The notes under the pieces were generated by a model. That model was not told where the DNA came from. It ran no database searches and was given only the letters and a program-made list of their open reading frames with translations. The position numbers and the translations under genes were made by a program. This document shows, piece after piece, positions 19,336-30,011 of a DNA stretch of 64,000 nucleotides. This DNA comes from Escherichia phage vB-EcoP-XT18. Within the stretch, counting starts at the first letter, position 1, and each line of letters begins with the position of its first letter. The stretch is taken from the sequence record OR757434.1. One strand, written 5' to 3'.

Positions 19336-20140
19336 GCTCCCTGAAGTAGCTATAGTGGATGCTGACGTTCTTCGATATGAAGTGGGTGCTCTTACTCAGG
19401 AGCATCCCTTCCTTGACACAGGACGTGTTCCAGTTGATTACAATTTCATGATTGAACGACTTCAGTACAAGATAGATACTATAATTGCTCGATCAGGTTG
19501 CAGTAAGGTTGTGTTCTACTTCAGCGAAGGTGGTAACTTCCGTTTCGATGTTGCTAAGCAGCAAGACTACAAAGCAAACAGACCTCCCGGAGAAAGACCT
19601 TTCCACTGGCAAAACGTTGGTGATTACATTAAAGGTAAGTATGAATACATAGATGTATTTGGGAGAGAGGCTGATGATGCACTAGCTGAAAGGCAACGTA
19701 GGGATAAGAACACTATCATCTGTACTAGAGACAAGGATTTGTTGATAACTCCCGGATGGCACTACCGTTGGGCTTGTGGAGAAAGACAGAAAGAAGTTCC
19801 TCCTCACTATGTATCTGATTTAGTTTCATGGCAAAACTTCTTCTATCAGATGCTGATTGGAGATGGTACAGATAATATCCCCGGATGTGGAGAACGTAAA
19901 GAAGTTATGTGGGGCGGTAAGCTTCAGCTTCGACGTCAAGGTGTTGGGAAGAAGGCAGCAGCTAATCTATTGGCTGGTGTTACAGATAAGTGGACCATGT
20001 ATCATATAGTACGAATGGAATATTATAAGAGATTTGACATTGAAGATGAAGAGAAGATGCTTGAAAATGCTCGTCTGCTCTTTGTTGGTCAGACTCCGGA
20101 AGACCTGTTCGACTGGACATGGTTAAACAAATCTTGGTAA
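19322..20140 (+). CDS. 5'-3' exonuclease / flap endonuclease
   Basis: VAIVDADVLRYEVG, YKANR, READD and TRDKDL match the FEN/T7 gp6 family. Confidence 0.7.
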   Translation: MEEVKLPEVAIVDADVLRYEVGALTQEHPFLDTGRVPVDYNFMIERLQYKIDTIIARSGCSKVVFYFSEGGNFRFDVAKQQDYKANRPPGERPFHWQNVGDYIKGKYEYIDVFGREADDALAERQRRDKNTIICTRDKDLLITPGWHYRWACGERQKEVPPHYVSDLVSWQNFFYQMLIGDGTDNIPGCGERKEVMWGGKLQLRRQGVGKKAAANLLAGVTDKWTMYHIVRMEYYKRFDIEDEEKMLENARLLFVGQTPEDLFDWTWLNKSW

Positions 20141-20153
20141 TAAGGATATTATA

Positions 20154-20345
20154 ATGGGTAAATTTGATTATCGTTCATATGATGAAAACTCCTCCAATCG
20201 TGAATCTCGTAAAGAGCAGCGTATTAAATACAGTCATGAATTAGGAAATCGCTATATTAAAGAAAAGCGTGAAAAAGTATCACATCGAGTAGATAAACGT
20301 GTATGGGAAGAAGATGATATGAGTATAGGTTATGGCGAAGGCTGA
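20154..20345 (+). CDS. hypothetical protein
   Basis: ORF. Confidence 0.35.
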   Translation: MGKFDYRSYDENSSNRESRKEQRIKYSHELGNRYIKEKREKVSHRVDKRVWEEDDMSIGYGEG

Positions 20346-20733
20346 GAAGACACGCTGTAGTGGAATGTGGACTGAAGCTCGTTACAACTCTTTCATCAAG
20401 TCAGGGATTCGTTCTCTGACTAGAAAGTGGAAGCCCATGTTCGATGCACTAGCAGACGCCAAGACAGAGCAGAAGGTTAATCCAAAGACAGGAAGACTGG
20501 CAATGCACTTTAAGTGTGCCATGTGTGGTTCTGACCACCCTGTAAAGGATATGGCTATTGACCACATAGAGCCTATAGTTCCTCTTGACCATGAAGCAAC
20601 TTGGGATGAAATCATCTCTCGTGCTCTGTGTGAGAAAGAAGGTTTTCAGGTTCTGTGTAAAGACCCTTGTCATAAGATTAAAACAAAAGAAGAGAATGAT
20701 GCAAGAAAACAATTCAAAAAAGGAAATGAGTGA
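20332..20733 (+). CDS. HNH-type endonuclease
   Basis: CAMCG...IDHIEPI...CKDPCHK. Confidence 0.55.
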   Translation: MAKAEKTRCSGMWTEARYNSFIKSGIRSLTRKWKPMFDALADAKTEQKVNPKTGRLAMHFKCAMCGSDHPVKDMAIDHIEPIVPLDHEATWDEIISRALCEKEGFQVLCKDPCHKIKTKEENDARKQFKKGNE

Positions 20734-20953
20734 TGATCAAAAATCTACGCAACAAGTGCTTCGCTTTCGCTATCGCAATTGGAGAGGCGAGGTTGCTGAC
20801 CGGTCCGTTATTCCACTCCGAACCTCCGTTGCTAGCTCCCGTTTTCATAACGGTGGCAAACCTTGTTGGATTATGACAGCGATAGATATAGAGAAAGATG
20901 AGATTCGAGAGTTCAAACTCTCTGACATTATTCAGTATTACGATTTAATCTAG
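20729..20953 (+). CDS. hypothetical protein
   Basis: ATG with AAAGGAA RBS inside track ORF 20585-20953. Confidence 0.35.
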   Translation, partial: SDDQKSTQQVLRFRYRNWRGEVADRSVIPLRTSVASSRFHNGGKPCWIMTAIDIEKDEIREFKLSDIIQYYDLI

Positions 20954-21390
20954 GAACTGACATGATCACACAAGCAGATAAAAATAAACTCTTCGACTTA
21001 ATCCACGATCTATTAGAAGCTCAGAGCTTTATTGATAATGTCGAGACTTGGGAGATGGAAGCAGCTGGAAAAGCTTTTGATGAAAGCGAAGAGAAACTTA
21101 CTAATTTTATAAACACAATCTAGGAGGGTGTATGAATGAAGGAGTTGTTATTCTTGGCAGTAAATCAGATTGGTTCTACGGAGGCATCTCAGGATGCTTT
21201 GAAGATGAACATCCAGACTTCTGAAGAGAATTGGGATGTATGACGAATTTGATGGTTTTTGAAAAGATAAAACAGAGCAAAATTGATATGATGAAAAAGT
21301 TCAAAGCGGCTTATGATAAAGCTGTTAAAGAAGGAACTATCACTTACAAGAAAATCTAGAAATAAATAAAGCCCCTTCCAAGGAGGATTA

Positions 21391-21756
21391 ATGGGAACAT
21401 GGAGGTTTAGAAAAACAGAGCCATCTAATGTTCGTGGTCTTTGTGTTTTGTGCAACAAGAACCCTCAGAAATCAAAGGGTGGTGGAAAGTTTGCACCCTT
21501 GTGCTCTCCTTGTAATAAAAGAGAGTATGAGAATATGGATGCACACAGAGAGCGTACTAGAAGGTATAAATCACCATATGTAGACTTTAAGAAAGAAGTG
21601 TGCGAGATGTGCGGTTTCATCCCTAAACACACTTGCCAATTAGATGTAGATCACATAAATGGTAACCACAAAGATAACAGAGAAGAAAACCTTCAAACAC
21701 TTTGTGCGAACTGTCACAGACTGAAAACGTTTACCAATAAAGATTGGGGACGTTAA
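21391..21756 (+). CDS. HNH endonuclease
   Basis: CEMCG...DVDHINGNHKDNREENLQTLCANCH. Confidence 0.75.
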   Translation: MGTWRFRKTEPSNVRGLCVLCNKNPQKSKGGGKFAPLCSPCNKREYENMDAHRERTRRYKSPYVDFKKEVCEMCGFIPKHTCQLDVDHINGNHKDNREENLQTLCANCHRLKTFTNKDWGR

Positions 21757-21762
21757 ATAATA

Positions 21763-21800
21763 AAGCCCTCTTGGATTTCTCCTTGAGGGCTTTTCTTTTA
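21763..21800. terminator. bidirectional terminator at the convergent junction of the plus and minus modules
   Basis: 8-bp stem AAGCCCUC/GAGGGCUU flanked by an A-run and a T-run. Confidence 0.5.
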
Positions 21801-24800
21801 TCACTCCTTAGGTCGAACTCTTACACGGAGTCTCGATTGACGCTTACTGCGTTCAAGCTTCTCTGACAATGAGCCACGTTTAATCTTCGGCTTCCCTTCG
21901 TCATTAAACTTCTCCAAGAACTGCAAGTACTCAGTACGATTCGTTGTCTTGTAAGAAGGAATCTTAACATCAGGGTTCTCTTCAATCACACGTCTCATCT
22001 TCGCTACATCATCCCTGCCAAGCAACTTACTCTTAGCCTGTTCAGCTGTAGAACCAAAGATCTTCTCCAGTGCTCTGGATTTGTTACCACCTGCGGAAGA
22101 AGCACCAAGTTTAGCAATAGCAGAATAATCATCAGCACTAAACCAAGCTACCGGATTATCGCCATACTTCTTCTTGTTTTCAGCAGCAGTCTGCAATGCA
22201 CGTACAAAGCGACGGTTGTTACCAGCCTTATCTGCACCATGAACCCTGTCTAAAACTTCAGCCACACTAGCTAACTCATCCAAGCTCTTCCCACTCAAGA
22301 AAGCTTTCTCTACTTTATCAGCAAAGACTTCTTCCTGCTGCTTAATACTTTCCAAGATATCAGAATTTGCTTGAGATTTTTCATCGTCAGGCAGAGCAGA
22401 ACGAATCTTCTCCATCTCCATCTCTTCCTCTTGCAGTTTCTTAATATCAGAGTCAACCTTCTGAGCTTCCTCAATAGCCTTCCTAGTATCCGAATCCAAA
22501 TTATCAATCTTACCTTCAGTATCTCCAGTAACCTTAACAATCTCTTTCTCGATAGGAGTCATTGATTCGTACTTCTTAGCAAACTTCTCAACATCAGCCT
22601 CGATACGAGAACGAGCATTCTGATGTTCAGTTGGAGTCATAGGCTTCTCAAGAAGTGCATAACGGTTATCCATGTAGGAACCAGCAAACGCTTCAGCATC
22701 CTCTCTAGATATGCCCTTATCTTCCATAGTACGCACCAGACGGCGATGAATGTCATCACGTTGACGTTGTACTGCCATAAGGTCATTCTCACGCTCTTGG
22801 GCCGCTTTAAGCTCTTCACTGCGCTTAACTCTCTTGTCCACATCAAACTTACGGTTCATCTCTTCCGCTTGCTCATACATCTTGTTCCACTTGGCCTGAC
22901 GAGCATCTTCCTCTGCATCAGTTAAACGACGCTGACGATCAAGGTAATCTGACTCGGCGTTGTGGATACGTTCAATGTAACTACGGAACTTCTCTGGAGG
23001 AACTGGAGAGTTCTTGTCATGGTGAGCAGCCAACTGTTTCAATGTACGAGATTCCTGAGCCTCACGAACAGGTTTAGGTAAACCTTCCATCATCTTCTCA
23101 ATCTCACTCTTCTGAGCTGCAATAGCCTCTAGAGTTTTACGTTCATTCTCAACAGCAGCCTTAGCATCTGAACGAGCCTGAGCTTTGTTTTTCAGAGTGG
23201 CAAGACGTTCTTCACGAGCCTGTAAATGCTTAGCAGCAGCTTCATACTGAGAGTTCTTGTTAGCTTTGTTGAAGGCATTCACTTCTCTGTTATAGGTGTT
23301 AATAAACCCATCCCAAACATCCTTCATCTGACCAACTTCCAAAGCCTCTTCTCTACCAGCCTTCTCTGAAGATTTAAACTTCCCATCTACATAATCATTC
23401 ATCAGCTTACGCATAGCATCTTTCTGAGCAGGACGTAAAGGTTCTGAATCAATCAAAGTGTCAATCTCAGACTGAAGCTCTTTCTTCTGGTCAACCAGTT
23501 TAGGAGCATCTTTCTTATCAAAAGCTTTGTTCTCTTCTAGAGCTTGTTGATACAGTCTATCAAACTCATCCTCACGCTGCTTCTGATACAATCTTTCAGC
23601 ACGACGTTTCAGACTATCCAAGTTAGTAACGTTCCCACCTAAACCTTTCTCTTCAGCACGTAATGCCTTAGTAGCAATATCTTCTGGCAGACCACGTTCC
23701 TTAACCCATTCAGCAAAATTAGTTCGTACAGTGTTGTTCTTAGCAGTAGCAATACCTTGCTGAGAAGACAACTGGTTACGAGCCATTTCTTCATGACGTT
23801 CAGTGTTGATAGCATTATCTTCCTGACGAATACGACGCATCAATTCCTTAGGATCACCTTTATAAGCCAAGAAGTTTTCAGCAGTAGCTTTAGCCTTAGC
23901 AGCCTTAGAGTACAGAGAACGAGCAAAGCGTTCTGCACGATCTTTAGTAGCCTGACGAGCAGCACTAGACATAGCAGCTAAACGTTCTACACCACTTGCC
24001 GGTTTAACGTCCTGTACAGCTTCCTTAGGAGCTTTAGGAGCACGGGCAGGTAATGGCTCAGCTTTGACTGTTGGTTCCTCTACGGTTGGTTCTGGAGCCT
24101 GTGCGGCCTCTTCTTGAGCACGTTGCTGTTCCATTGCACGACGTTCCTCTAAAGGGTTACGAGCAGGGAGAGGTTCAGCCTGTGGAGCTTGTTCGACCGG
24201 AGCTTCTTGAGCCTGTGCTGCCTCTTCTTCAGCGCGACGCTGTTCAGCCTGACGGATAGCACGTCTTTGCGCAACTAAATCACGAGCTGTAAGAGGGGTT
24301 TCTTGAGGAGCAGAAGAAGAAAGATTTTCTTCCGTCACAGTACTAGAAGAAGGCTCCCGAACCGGTTCGGTTTCTACGTCATTTTGCGTCTTAAATTTAA
24401 TGTCACCAACAACTGGTTCTTCTTCCATTTTAGCACGAGCTTCATCAGCAGTAGACTTAGCACGAGCAACTTCCAAATCACCACGAGCCAGAGAGCGGAT
24501 AGCTTCACTGTTAGATTCTTGTTGCTTAACACGTTGAGAGCGAGCACGCTGAGAAGAGAAGCGATTCAGAGCATACTTAGCAGCACCGAGTGTGTTCATA
24601 ACCAGACTAGGAGAAGAAGCCTCACGGAATCCATCATCAGTCAGGGACGTCCAACCACGGTCTTGGTTGCTCATGAACTTAGCTGTATTATTCAGAGTGT
24701 AAGCATCTTGAATAGGATTAAAACCTTCAGGCATACCTTTCAGTTTCTTCAACCCACCAATAGCTTTCTTCATCTCTGGAGAAACATTATCAGCCATCTT

Positions 24801-26222
24801 CTGTAGTTCAGCAGCTTTCTCTACAAAGTTATTAAAGTCTTCACCATCACGAGCTTTGAATCGATTTGCTTCATTGTAGAAAGTCTTGTAAGCATCAATG
24901 AAATCACGGTCAGCTTGTGTACGGTTCTTAATGTCAATCGGACTACCAGTAAAATCACCAGAAGCTCGGAGAGAAACTAACTCACGATCAAGATTATCCA
25001 GAACATCTGTAAGAGCTTTAGTGTTATCCTTTGTGTAATCAGCCATTGCATCTTTCATAGCAACAGCTTGCTTCTGGTTGTGCTCGTTATCAGCGAATGC
25101 TTTACCACGAACTTTAGAAGGAGAAGCCAAAGGATTGAGGCCAGGAATGTTAGAATGTTCTTTCTGAACAGAAGCAGCTTTCTCGGCACGAGCTTGGTCT
25201 GTATTAAGGATGCGCTGAGCAGCAGGAGAGTCTACAGCAACAGCATCTGTGATACGGAATCCGTTCTCATCCAGAAGGTTAAGGGCAGAAGCGGCGTTAG
25301 CAGTTTCAGCTTTAGAGTATGCTTCTTTCAGCTCATCAATGTTCTTAGCACTACGAATTAATTCATCATCAGCAGCAATGTCAGTCTTTGCATACTCTGG
25401 AGTATTCTTAAAGACAGCAGAATCTGGACGACTAATCAAACCATGGACACCACCAACTGCACCACCGAATGCAGCACCCATAGCGCCTTCTTCAATAGCA
25501 CCTTCTAAGACATTAGAAAAGGTTGTGTCATCACCATGTTTGTTCTGAGCTTCAGCAGCACCTACAAGAGCACCACCTTTAGCACCAGCCACTGCGTTAC
25601 TAGCAACGTTCTGACCAATACGACCAAGTGTAGACTCAGCTGTACCAACAGCACCCGGAAGGATTCTCTGAGCTGCATAGTTAGCACCACCAACTAGAGC
25701 GGCATCCAGAACAGACTTATCTTCTCCCTCTTCAGGAGTTTGGTCTGCATATGCACGACCTGTCTCACGACCTGCAATGATAGCAGCGGCAGCTAATGGG
25801 TTAGCAACAGTCAAACCAATATCACCAACAACGCCAGCATATTGCCCAGCAGTTTTACCAATCCCATCCTCAATCTTATCCATACGATCTTTCAGAAGGT
25901 TCTGAGAGTTCTCTTGGATACGCTTACCATAACTAGTTTGTGCTCCAGCTAGATTCTCACCAATCTCAACTAAACCACCAATACCTTTAGCAGCACTAGC
26001 TGCAATGTTTGCACCACCAGATTGAAGAGCATTTGACACACCTTGAGCAAACTCACCTATAGCACCACGTTCTTCTTGTTGTGGTTGTGCTACTGGTTGT
26101 TCCTCAGGAATAGAGCCACCTGCTGCCTTATATTGTTCTCTCATTTGAGCTTGACGCTCCGGAGAGGCATTCAGATACGCAGGAGCTTTGGAAGCTTCTT
26201 CCCACGGTTTAATGTTAGCCAT
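21801..26222 (-). CDS. large internal virion / DNA-ejection protein (about 1473 aa)
   Basis: long Ala/Gly-rich N-terminus then extended coiled coil; start reassigned to the ATG at 26220-26222 with AAGGAG RBS (track start 26267 lies inside the promoter motif). Confidence 0.5.
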   Translation of the reverse strand: MANIKPWEEASKAPAYLNASPERQAQMREQYKAAGGSIPEEQPVAQPQQEERGAIGEFAQGVSNALQSGGANIAASAAKGIGGLVEIGENLAGAQTSYGKRIQENSQNLLKDRMDKIEDGIGKTAGQYAGVVGDIGLTVANPLAAAAIIAGRETGRAYADQTPEEGEDKSVLDAALVGGANYAAQRILPGAVGTAESTLGRIGQNVASNAVAGAKGGALVGAAEAQNKHGDDTTFSNVLEGAIEEGAMGAAFGGAVGGVHGLISRPDSAVFKNTPEYAKTDIAADDELIRSAKNIDELKEAYSKAETANAASALNLLDENGFRITDAVAVDSPAAQRILNTDQARAEKAASVQKEHSNIPGLNPLASPSKVRGKAFADNEHNQKQAVAMKDAMADYTKDNTKALTDVLDNLDRELVSLRASGDFTGSPIDIKNRTQADRDFIDAYKTFYNEANRFKARDGEDFNNFVEKAAELQKMADNVSPEMKKAIGGLKKLKGMPEGFNPIQDAYTLNNTAKFMSNQDRGWTSLTDDGFREASSPSLVMNTLGAAKYALNRFSSQRARSQRVKQQESNSEAIRSLARGDLEVARAKSTADEARAKMEEEPVVGDIKFKTQNDVETEPVREPSSSTVTEENLSSSAPQETPLTARDLVAQRRAIRQAEQRRAEEEAAQAQEAPVEQAPQAEPLPARNPLEERRAMEQQRAQEEAAQAPEPTVEEPTVKAEPLPARAPKAPKEAVQDVKPASGVERLAAMSSAARQATKDRAERFARSLYSKAAKAKATAENFLAYKGDPKELMRRIRQEDNAINTERHEEMARNQLSSQQGIATAKNNTVRTNFAEWVKERGLPEDIATKALRAEEKGLGGNVTNLDSLKRRAERLYQKQREDEFDRLYQQALEENKAFDKKDAPKLVDQKKELQSEIDTLIDSEPLRPAQKDAMRKLMNDYVDGKFKSSEKAGREEALEVGQMKDVWDGFINTYNREVNAFNKANKNSQYEAAAKHLQAREERLATLKNKAQARSDAKAAVENERKTLEAIAAQKSEIEKMMEGLPKPVREAQESRTLKQLAAHHDKNSPVPPEKFRSYIERIHNAESDYLDRQRRLTDAEEDARQAKWNKMYEQAEEMNRKFDVDKRVKRSEELKAAQERENDLMAVQRQRDDIHRRLVRTMEDKGISREDAEAFAGSYMDNRYALLEKPMTPTEHQNARSRIEADVEKFAKKYESMTPIEKEIVKVTGDTEGKIDNLDSDTRKAIEEAQKVDSDIKKLQEEEMEMEKIRSALPDDEKSQANSDILESIKQQEEVFADKVEKAFLSGKSLDELASVAEVLDRVHGADKAGNNRRFVRALQTAAENKKKYGDNPVAWFSADDYSAIAKLGASSAGGNKSRALEKIFGSTAEQAKSKLLGRDDVAKMRRVIEENPDVKIPSYKTTNRTEYLQFLEKFNDEGKPKIKRGSLSEKLERSKRQSRLRVRVRPKE

Positions 26223-26260
26223 AACGTCTCCTTTTATAAATAAAAATGTCCTACCCCCTA

Positions 26261-26269
26261 TATACATTA
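26261..26269 (-). promoter_or_regulatory. TAATGTATA, putative phage-sigma-dependent late promoter
   Basis: minus strand reads CTATAATGTATATAG about 35 nt upstream of the 26222 ATG. Confidence 0.45.
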
Positions 26270-26289
26270 TAGAAGGCAGGACTTAGGTC

Positions 26290-27945
26290 TTATTGAGCGA
26301 ACCAGCTGGTGTCTTCAACAGCTGATAAAGCACCGTTTAGTTTAGGATTGGTTGCTGCACCACCAACTGCCTCTTCTGCCTGTTCAGAGAAAACACCGAG
26401 TGGGTCATAGAAACCACCAGAAGGAATTGCACGGTTAACCAATGCAGTAGCCCTCTTCTTATCCATACCTGAACCAATGTACGCTTCGATAGTAGCTCTC
26501 TTAGCATCAGCAACACCTTTCATTGCAGATGTATGACCAACATTAGCCTGCTTACGGGCATAAGAAAGAGCAGAGTCAGTAGGACGCCATCCTGACTTAA
26601 GAGCAAACTTGTTGCCAACACGAATGAAGATTGATGGGTCTTCTGCGAAGTGTCCCAAGTCTTCTTCGGTAAGGGAACGAGTAGCACCGATTTCAGCCCT
26701 TGCGGAGTTCATGATAGCCTGCATGTAAGCAGAACGAGCTGTCTGGTAGTCTTTATCTTTAACTGCTTTGTCAGCCAAATCCAAGTCTTTGTTGGACTGG
26801 TTAAACAGACCACCTTTCTCTGCCCACTGCTTAGCAACTGTACCTTCAGCTGTGTTCTGAGCAAGACGAACTTCTTTCGGGTTAAAGTTAAAACTCTGAG
26901 CAACTTGTTCAGCACGTTCAGCCTTAACTTTATCACGATAACCAATCAACTCTTTCTGACGTTCAAAGTTCATGTCAGTTCTCTTTTCAGCAGCACGACG
27001 AGTTTCCTCAGCACGTTCACGCATAGACTGCTCTTGAATCTGTTGACGTCTATCCCATTCAGCATTCTGACGTTCTTCACGAGCAGCATACAGAGCTTCC
27101 TGTTGAAGAGGGTCTTTAGCTTTCATCTTCAGAAGAGAAGGATCACCCTGAGCTATAGCAGCTGCAATTGAGTCTTGAGAGAAACCTTGTTCAATCAGAG
27201 CATCACGGTTAGCTTCCAGTTGCTTTTTAGTCTCATCTTGATTAGCCATCCCCTGACCAATCTGGAATGCTTCGATAGGAGATTTACCTGACATGATAGA
27301 AAGACCTACACCCATTAAACCTGTATAGAAACTAGAGTTCTGATAGAAAGGTTCTTTCTGTAACTTCTTCCAAGCTTCTGAAGGATCTTTAGCTTTTGCA
27401 ACTTGCAAGATATCATTGTTAACACGCTCTTGATCTTTAGTACGAGTAGCAGCAGCCATTCCGTCACCGGTGTCTTGTCCTTGAGCAAGAGTATTAACAA
27501 CACCTTGTGCTTGTTCAACCTGAGAAGGAGTAAACTCCATAGGACCAGTTTCTAGTGGCTTGGCAGGAGGTGTCACCGGAAGAGGGTCACTAGGCATAAG
27601 TCCAGCATCCTGCAAACCTTGATCAGTAGATAAATTAGGATTAGCTGCTACAGGGGCTGGTGCTCCAATGTCAATACCCTGAAGACTTGTTGGGGTTCCT
27701 TGATTCTGTTGTTCCATAAGACGTTGCTGGAATCCCGGATTCATCATAGCATTCTGATCTTCTTCTGCCTGAGAGACAAGACCTGCGAGAGATGAAGGTA
27801 CAGCAGGACGCTGGTACATAGAAACATCCGCTGTCTGAGTAGGTCTAGCCATATAAGGAGAGGCCGAAGCCGCTCCCGGATTAACACCGTAGAAAGTATT
27901 TCTCGGGTCACGACTTCTGACCTGAGCGTAAGTTGTCTGTTGCAT
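26290..27945 (-). CDS. internal virion protein
   Basis: 551-aa ORF in the late operon, coiled-coil rich. Confidence 0.4.
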   Translation of the reverse strand: MQQTTYAQVRSRDPRNTFYGVNPGAASASPYMARPTQTADVSMYQRPAVPSSLAGLVSQAEEDQNAMMNPGFQQRLMEQQNQGTPTSLQGIDIGAPAPVAANPNLSTDQGLQDAGLMPSDPLPVTPPAKPLETGPMEFTPSQVEQAQGVVNTLAQGQDTGDGMAAATRTKDQERVNNDILQVAKAKDPSEAWKKLQKEPFYQNSSFYTGLMGVGLSIMSGKSPIEAFQIGQGMANQDETKKQLEANRDALIEQGFSQDSIAAAIAQGDPSLLKMKAKDPLQQEALYAAREERQNAEWDRRQQIQEQSMRERAEETRRAAEKRTDMNFERQKELIGYRDKVKAERAEQVAQSFNFNPKEVRLAQNTAEGTVAKQWAEKGGLFNQSNKDLDLADKAVKDKDYQTARSAYMQAIMNSARAEIGATRSLTEEDLGHFAEDPSIFIRVGNKFALKSGWRPTDSALSYARKQANVGHTSAMKGVADAKRATIEAYIGSGMDKKRATALVNRAIPSGGFYDPLGVFSEQAEEAVGGAATNPKLNGALSAVEDTSWFAQ

Positions 27946-27958
27946 ATTTATCTCCTAA

Positions 27959-28927
27959 TTAAGAACTAGCCATCCCGCCAATCACCCCTCCAGCCAAGGC
28001 ACCCCAAGGACCAAAAGAAGAGCCAGCTGCTGCACCACTCATAGCTCCACCAAGGAAACCACCTTTGCCACCAGATGTTTTAGTAGTTGTAGTTTGTCCG
28101 AGAGCACCGTTAAGTACACCTGCTGCACCTAGTTGGTTGTTAATGTCCTGCCATCCCCAGTTAGCTGCGTTCTGAGCATTCTGGTAGGCATTATCATATT
28201 CATTCTGTTGTTGCTGTTGTTGCTGCAACCCTGCATTCCATTGATTCATCATTTGCTGTTGAGACAAATTAGCACCTTGCTGGCCTAAGTTAGAAAGATT
28301 AGAACCGATAGTAGAAAGACCTGAGAGAGCAGCTGCCTGATTCTGCCTATTACCAGAGAGGATGCTTTCAGCTTGACTAATAGCTGAGTTATAGGCGCTA
28401 TTGGTAATATCTGTTGCTTGTCCTTGCATCTGATTCAGAGCATCGCCTTGAGCGAAAGATTTAGCCATACGAGCACCTGAACCCTGCTGACCAGCATACT
28501 GTTGAGCTAACTGAGGCAAAGCATTACGTGCTAGGTTCTGTTGAACTTGTTCGTTATTAGCTGTAATAGCTGCTTGCACAGCATCGTCATCATACAATTG
28601 ACCAGCAAGAGCACCAATCTGTTCTCCAGTAACCCCACCTTGTCCAGAAAGGCTCTGGTAGCCTTTATAGGCATTATCTAGATAACCCAACCCTTGGCCT
28701 GCTGCATCCATGTATTGTTGTGAGAGAGTCCCTAGAGCACCAGATTGTGCCAAGTTGTTAAGAGCTTCTGTCTGGTTGTTATTAAACCCTACATTGTCAC
28801 GATAAACATAATCCCCTGAACTAGTATTACCAATCTGCTGGTTAAGCTGGTCAATATACTGTTGAATGTATTCAGGGCGAATCATTTGAGAAGTAGTCTT
28901 ACTACCCCCGCCTCCGAAAAGTCCCAT
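27959..28927 (-). CDS. Gln/Asn/Gly-rich virion protein
   Basis: low-complexity Q/N/G-rich ORF in the late operon. Confidence 0.4.
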   Translation of the reverse strand: MGLFGGGGSKTTSQMIRPEYIQQYIDQLNQQIGNTSSGDYVYRDNVGFNNNQTEALNNLAQSGALGTLSQQYMDAAGQGLGYLDNAYKGYQSLSGQGGVTGEQIGALAGQLYDDDAVQAAITANNEQVQQNLARNALPQLAQQYAGQQGSGARMAKSFAQGDALNQMQGQATDITNSAYNSAISQAESILSGNRQNQAAALSGLSTIGSNLSNLGQQGANLSQQQMMNQWNAGLQQQQQQQNEYDNAYQNAQNAANWGWQDINNQLGAAGVLNGALGQTTTTKTSGGKGGFLGGAMSGAAAGSSFGPWGALAGGVIGGMASS

Positions 28928-28939
28928 ATTAAATCTCCT

Positions 28940-29992
28940 TTAGTTTGCTCCGAATGCCCCTAAGACCCCACCTAAGATATTATTACCCGTTGTGGATAAC
29001 CAGTTAGACTGACCTTTCTGTTGAGAAAGATTAGAACCTCCAATCATAGGACCAGCCATTCCAGATTGCCCACCTGAGTTGTTATAGGAACTCCAAGCAT
29101 TCTGAGTCTGTTGGTTAGGAGAGAAAACTCCCATACGACCTGCAATACCCAAACCAGTGATACCAGCACCTAGGAGCTGTTGTCCAGTATTAATCCCCGG
29201 AGCAGCATTCTTAATCGTGTATCCAGCCATAGGACTTACACTATTTAGTACATTAAGCTGATTGTTAAGCTGATTCCATCCATACTGCTGAGAGCCGATA
29301 GCATTCTGCCAATTAATATCAGCCTGAGCTTGGGCTTGTTGCTGTTGCAGATTGCCAGCCATGAGTTGATTCTGAATGGCCTGTTGAGTTGCCTGAACAC
29401 CTTGAGCACCTAGGTTGAGGTTCTGTCCAGCTAGACCGGATTGAGCACCAAGTAACCCTCTCTGGAAGTTCTGATCTTGTTGCAAAGCACTTACACCCAT
29501 ATTCTTGCCACTGATAGTACGAGACAGGTTTGTATTAGCACCATTCAAAGCAGCCCCTTGAGCCGCAGCCCTACGGAGAGAACCAGAATCAGAGCCATTG
29601 CCAAGAGAGACATTAGAAGCTGCTTTGCTAGTAGCTTGTGCAAGAGCTGAGTTGTTTAGTCCTTTACTAAAGTTATTAACACCCTCAGCCGTAACTCCAC
29701 CACCATTGACAATATTCTGATACTGTTGAGCAAGAGAGTTGAGTTGGTCCAAACCTTGCTGTGTACGAGGTGTGTACATATCAGCTAATTGCTTTTGAGT
29801 TGTAGAAGCTGCTAAGTTATTCAGAGCACCTTGTTGGTTGCCATTAAACCCAGCCAGCTGTTGGGAAATAAATCCCTGATCGTTGTTCTGCATATTCTGA
29901 GCATTAGCAACAATCTGCTTCAGCAGGGCATCAACCTGAGAGGAAGGAGCCACTGTGGTTTTGCTAGAAGCTGATTTTCCAAATAAAGACAT
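28940..29992 (-). CDS. Gln/Asn/Gly-rich virion protein
   Basis: low-complexity Q/N/G-rich ORF in the late operon. Confidence 0.4.
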   Translation of the reverse strand: MSLFGKSASSKTTVAPSSQVDALLKQIVANAQNMQNNDQGFISQQLAGFNGNQQGALNNLAASTTQKQLADMYTPRTQQGLDQLNSLAQQYQNIVNGGGVTAEGVNNFSKGLNNSALAQATSKAASNVSLGNGSDSGSLRRAAAQGAALNGANTNLSRTISGKNMGVSALQQDQNFQRGLLGAQSGLAGQNLNLGAQGVQATQQAIQNQLMAGNLQQQQAQAQADINWQNAIGSQQYGWNQLNNQLNVLNSVSPMAGYTIKNAAPGINTGQQLLGAGITGLGIAGRMGVFSPNQQTQNAWSSYNNSGGQSGMAGPMIGGSNLSQQKGQSNWLSTTGNNILGGVLGAFGAN

Positions 29993-30011
29993 AAGTCCTC
30001 CTTAACGATTA

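Noticed and set aside
22310-27518. Antisense and alternative-frame ORFs inside the large internal-protein genes (for example 22310-22540, 22623-22925, 24303-24806, 26650-27171)
   Set aside because: Low-complexity translations embedded in long, well-supported minus-strand genes; typical open frames arising from codon bias.
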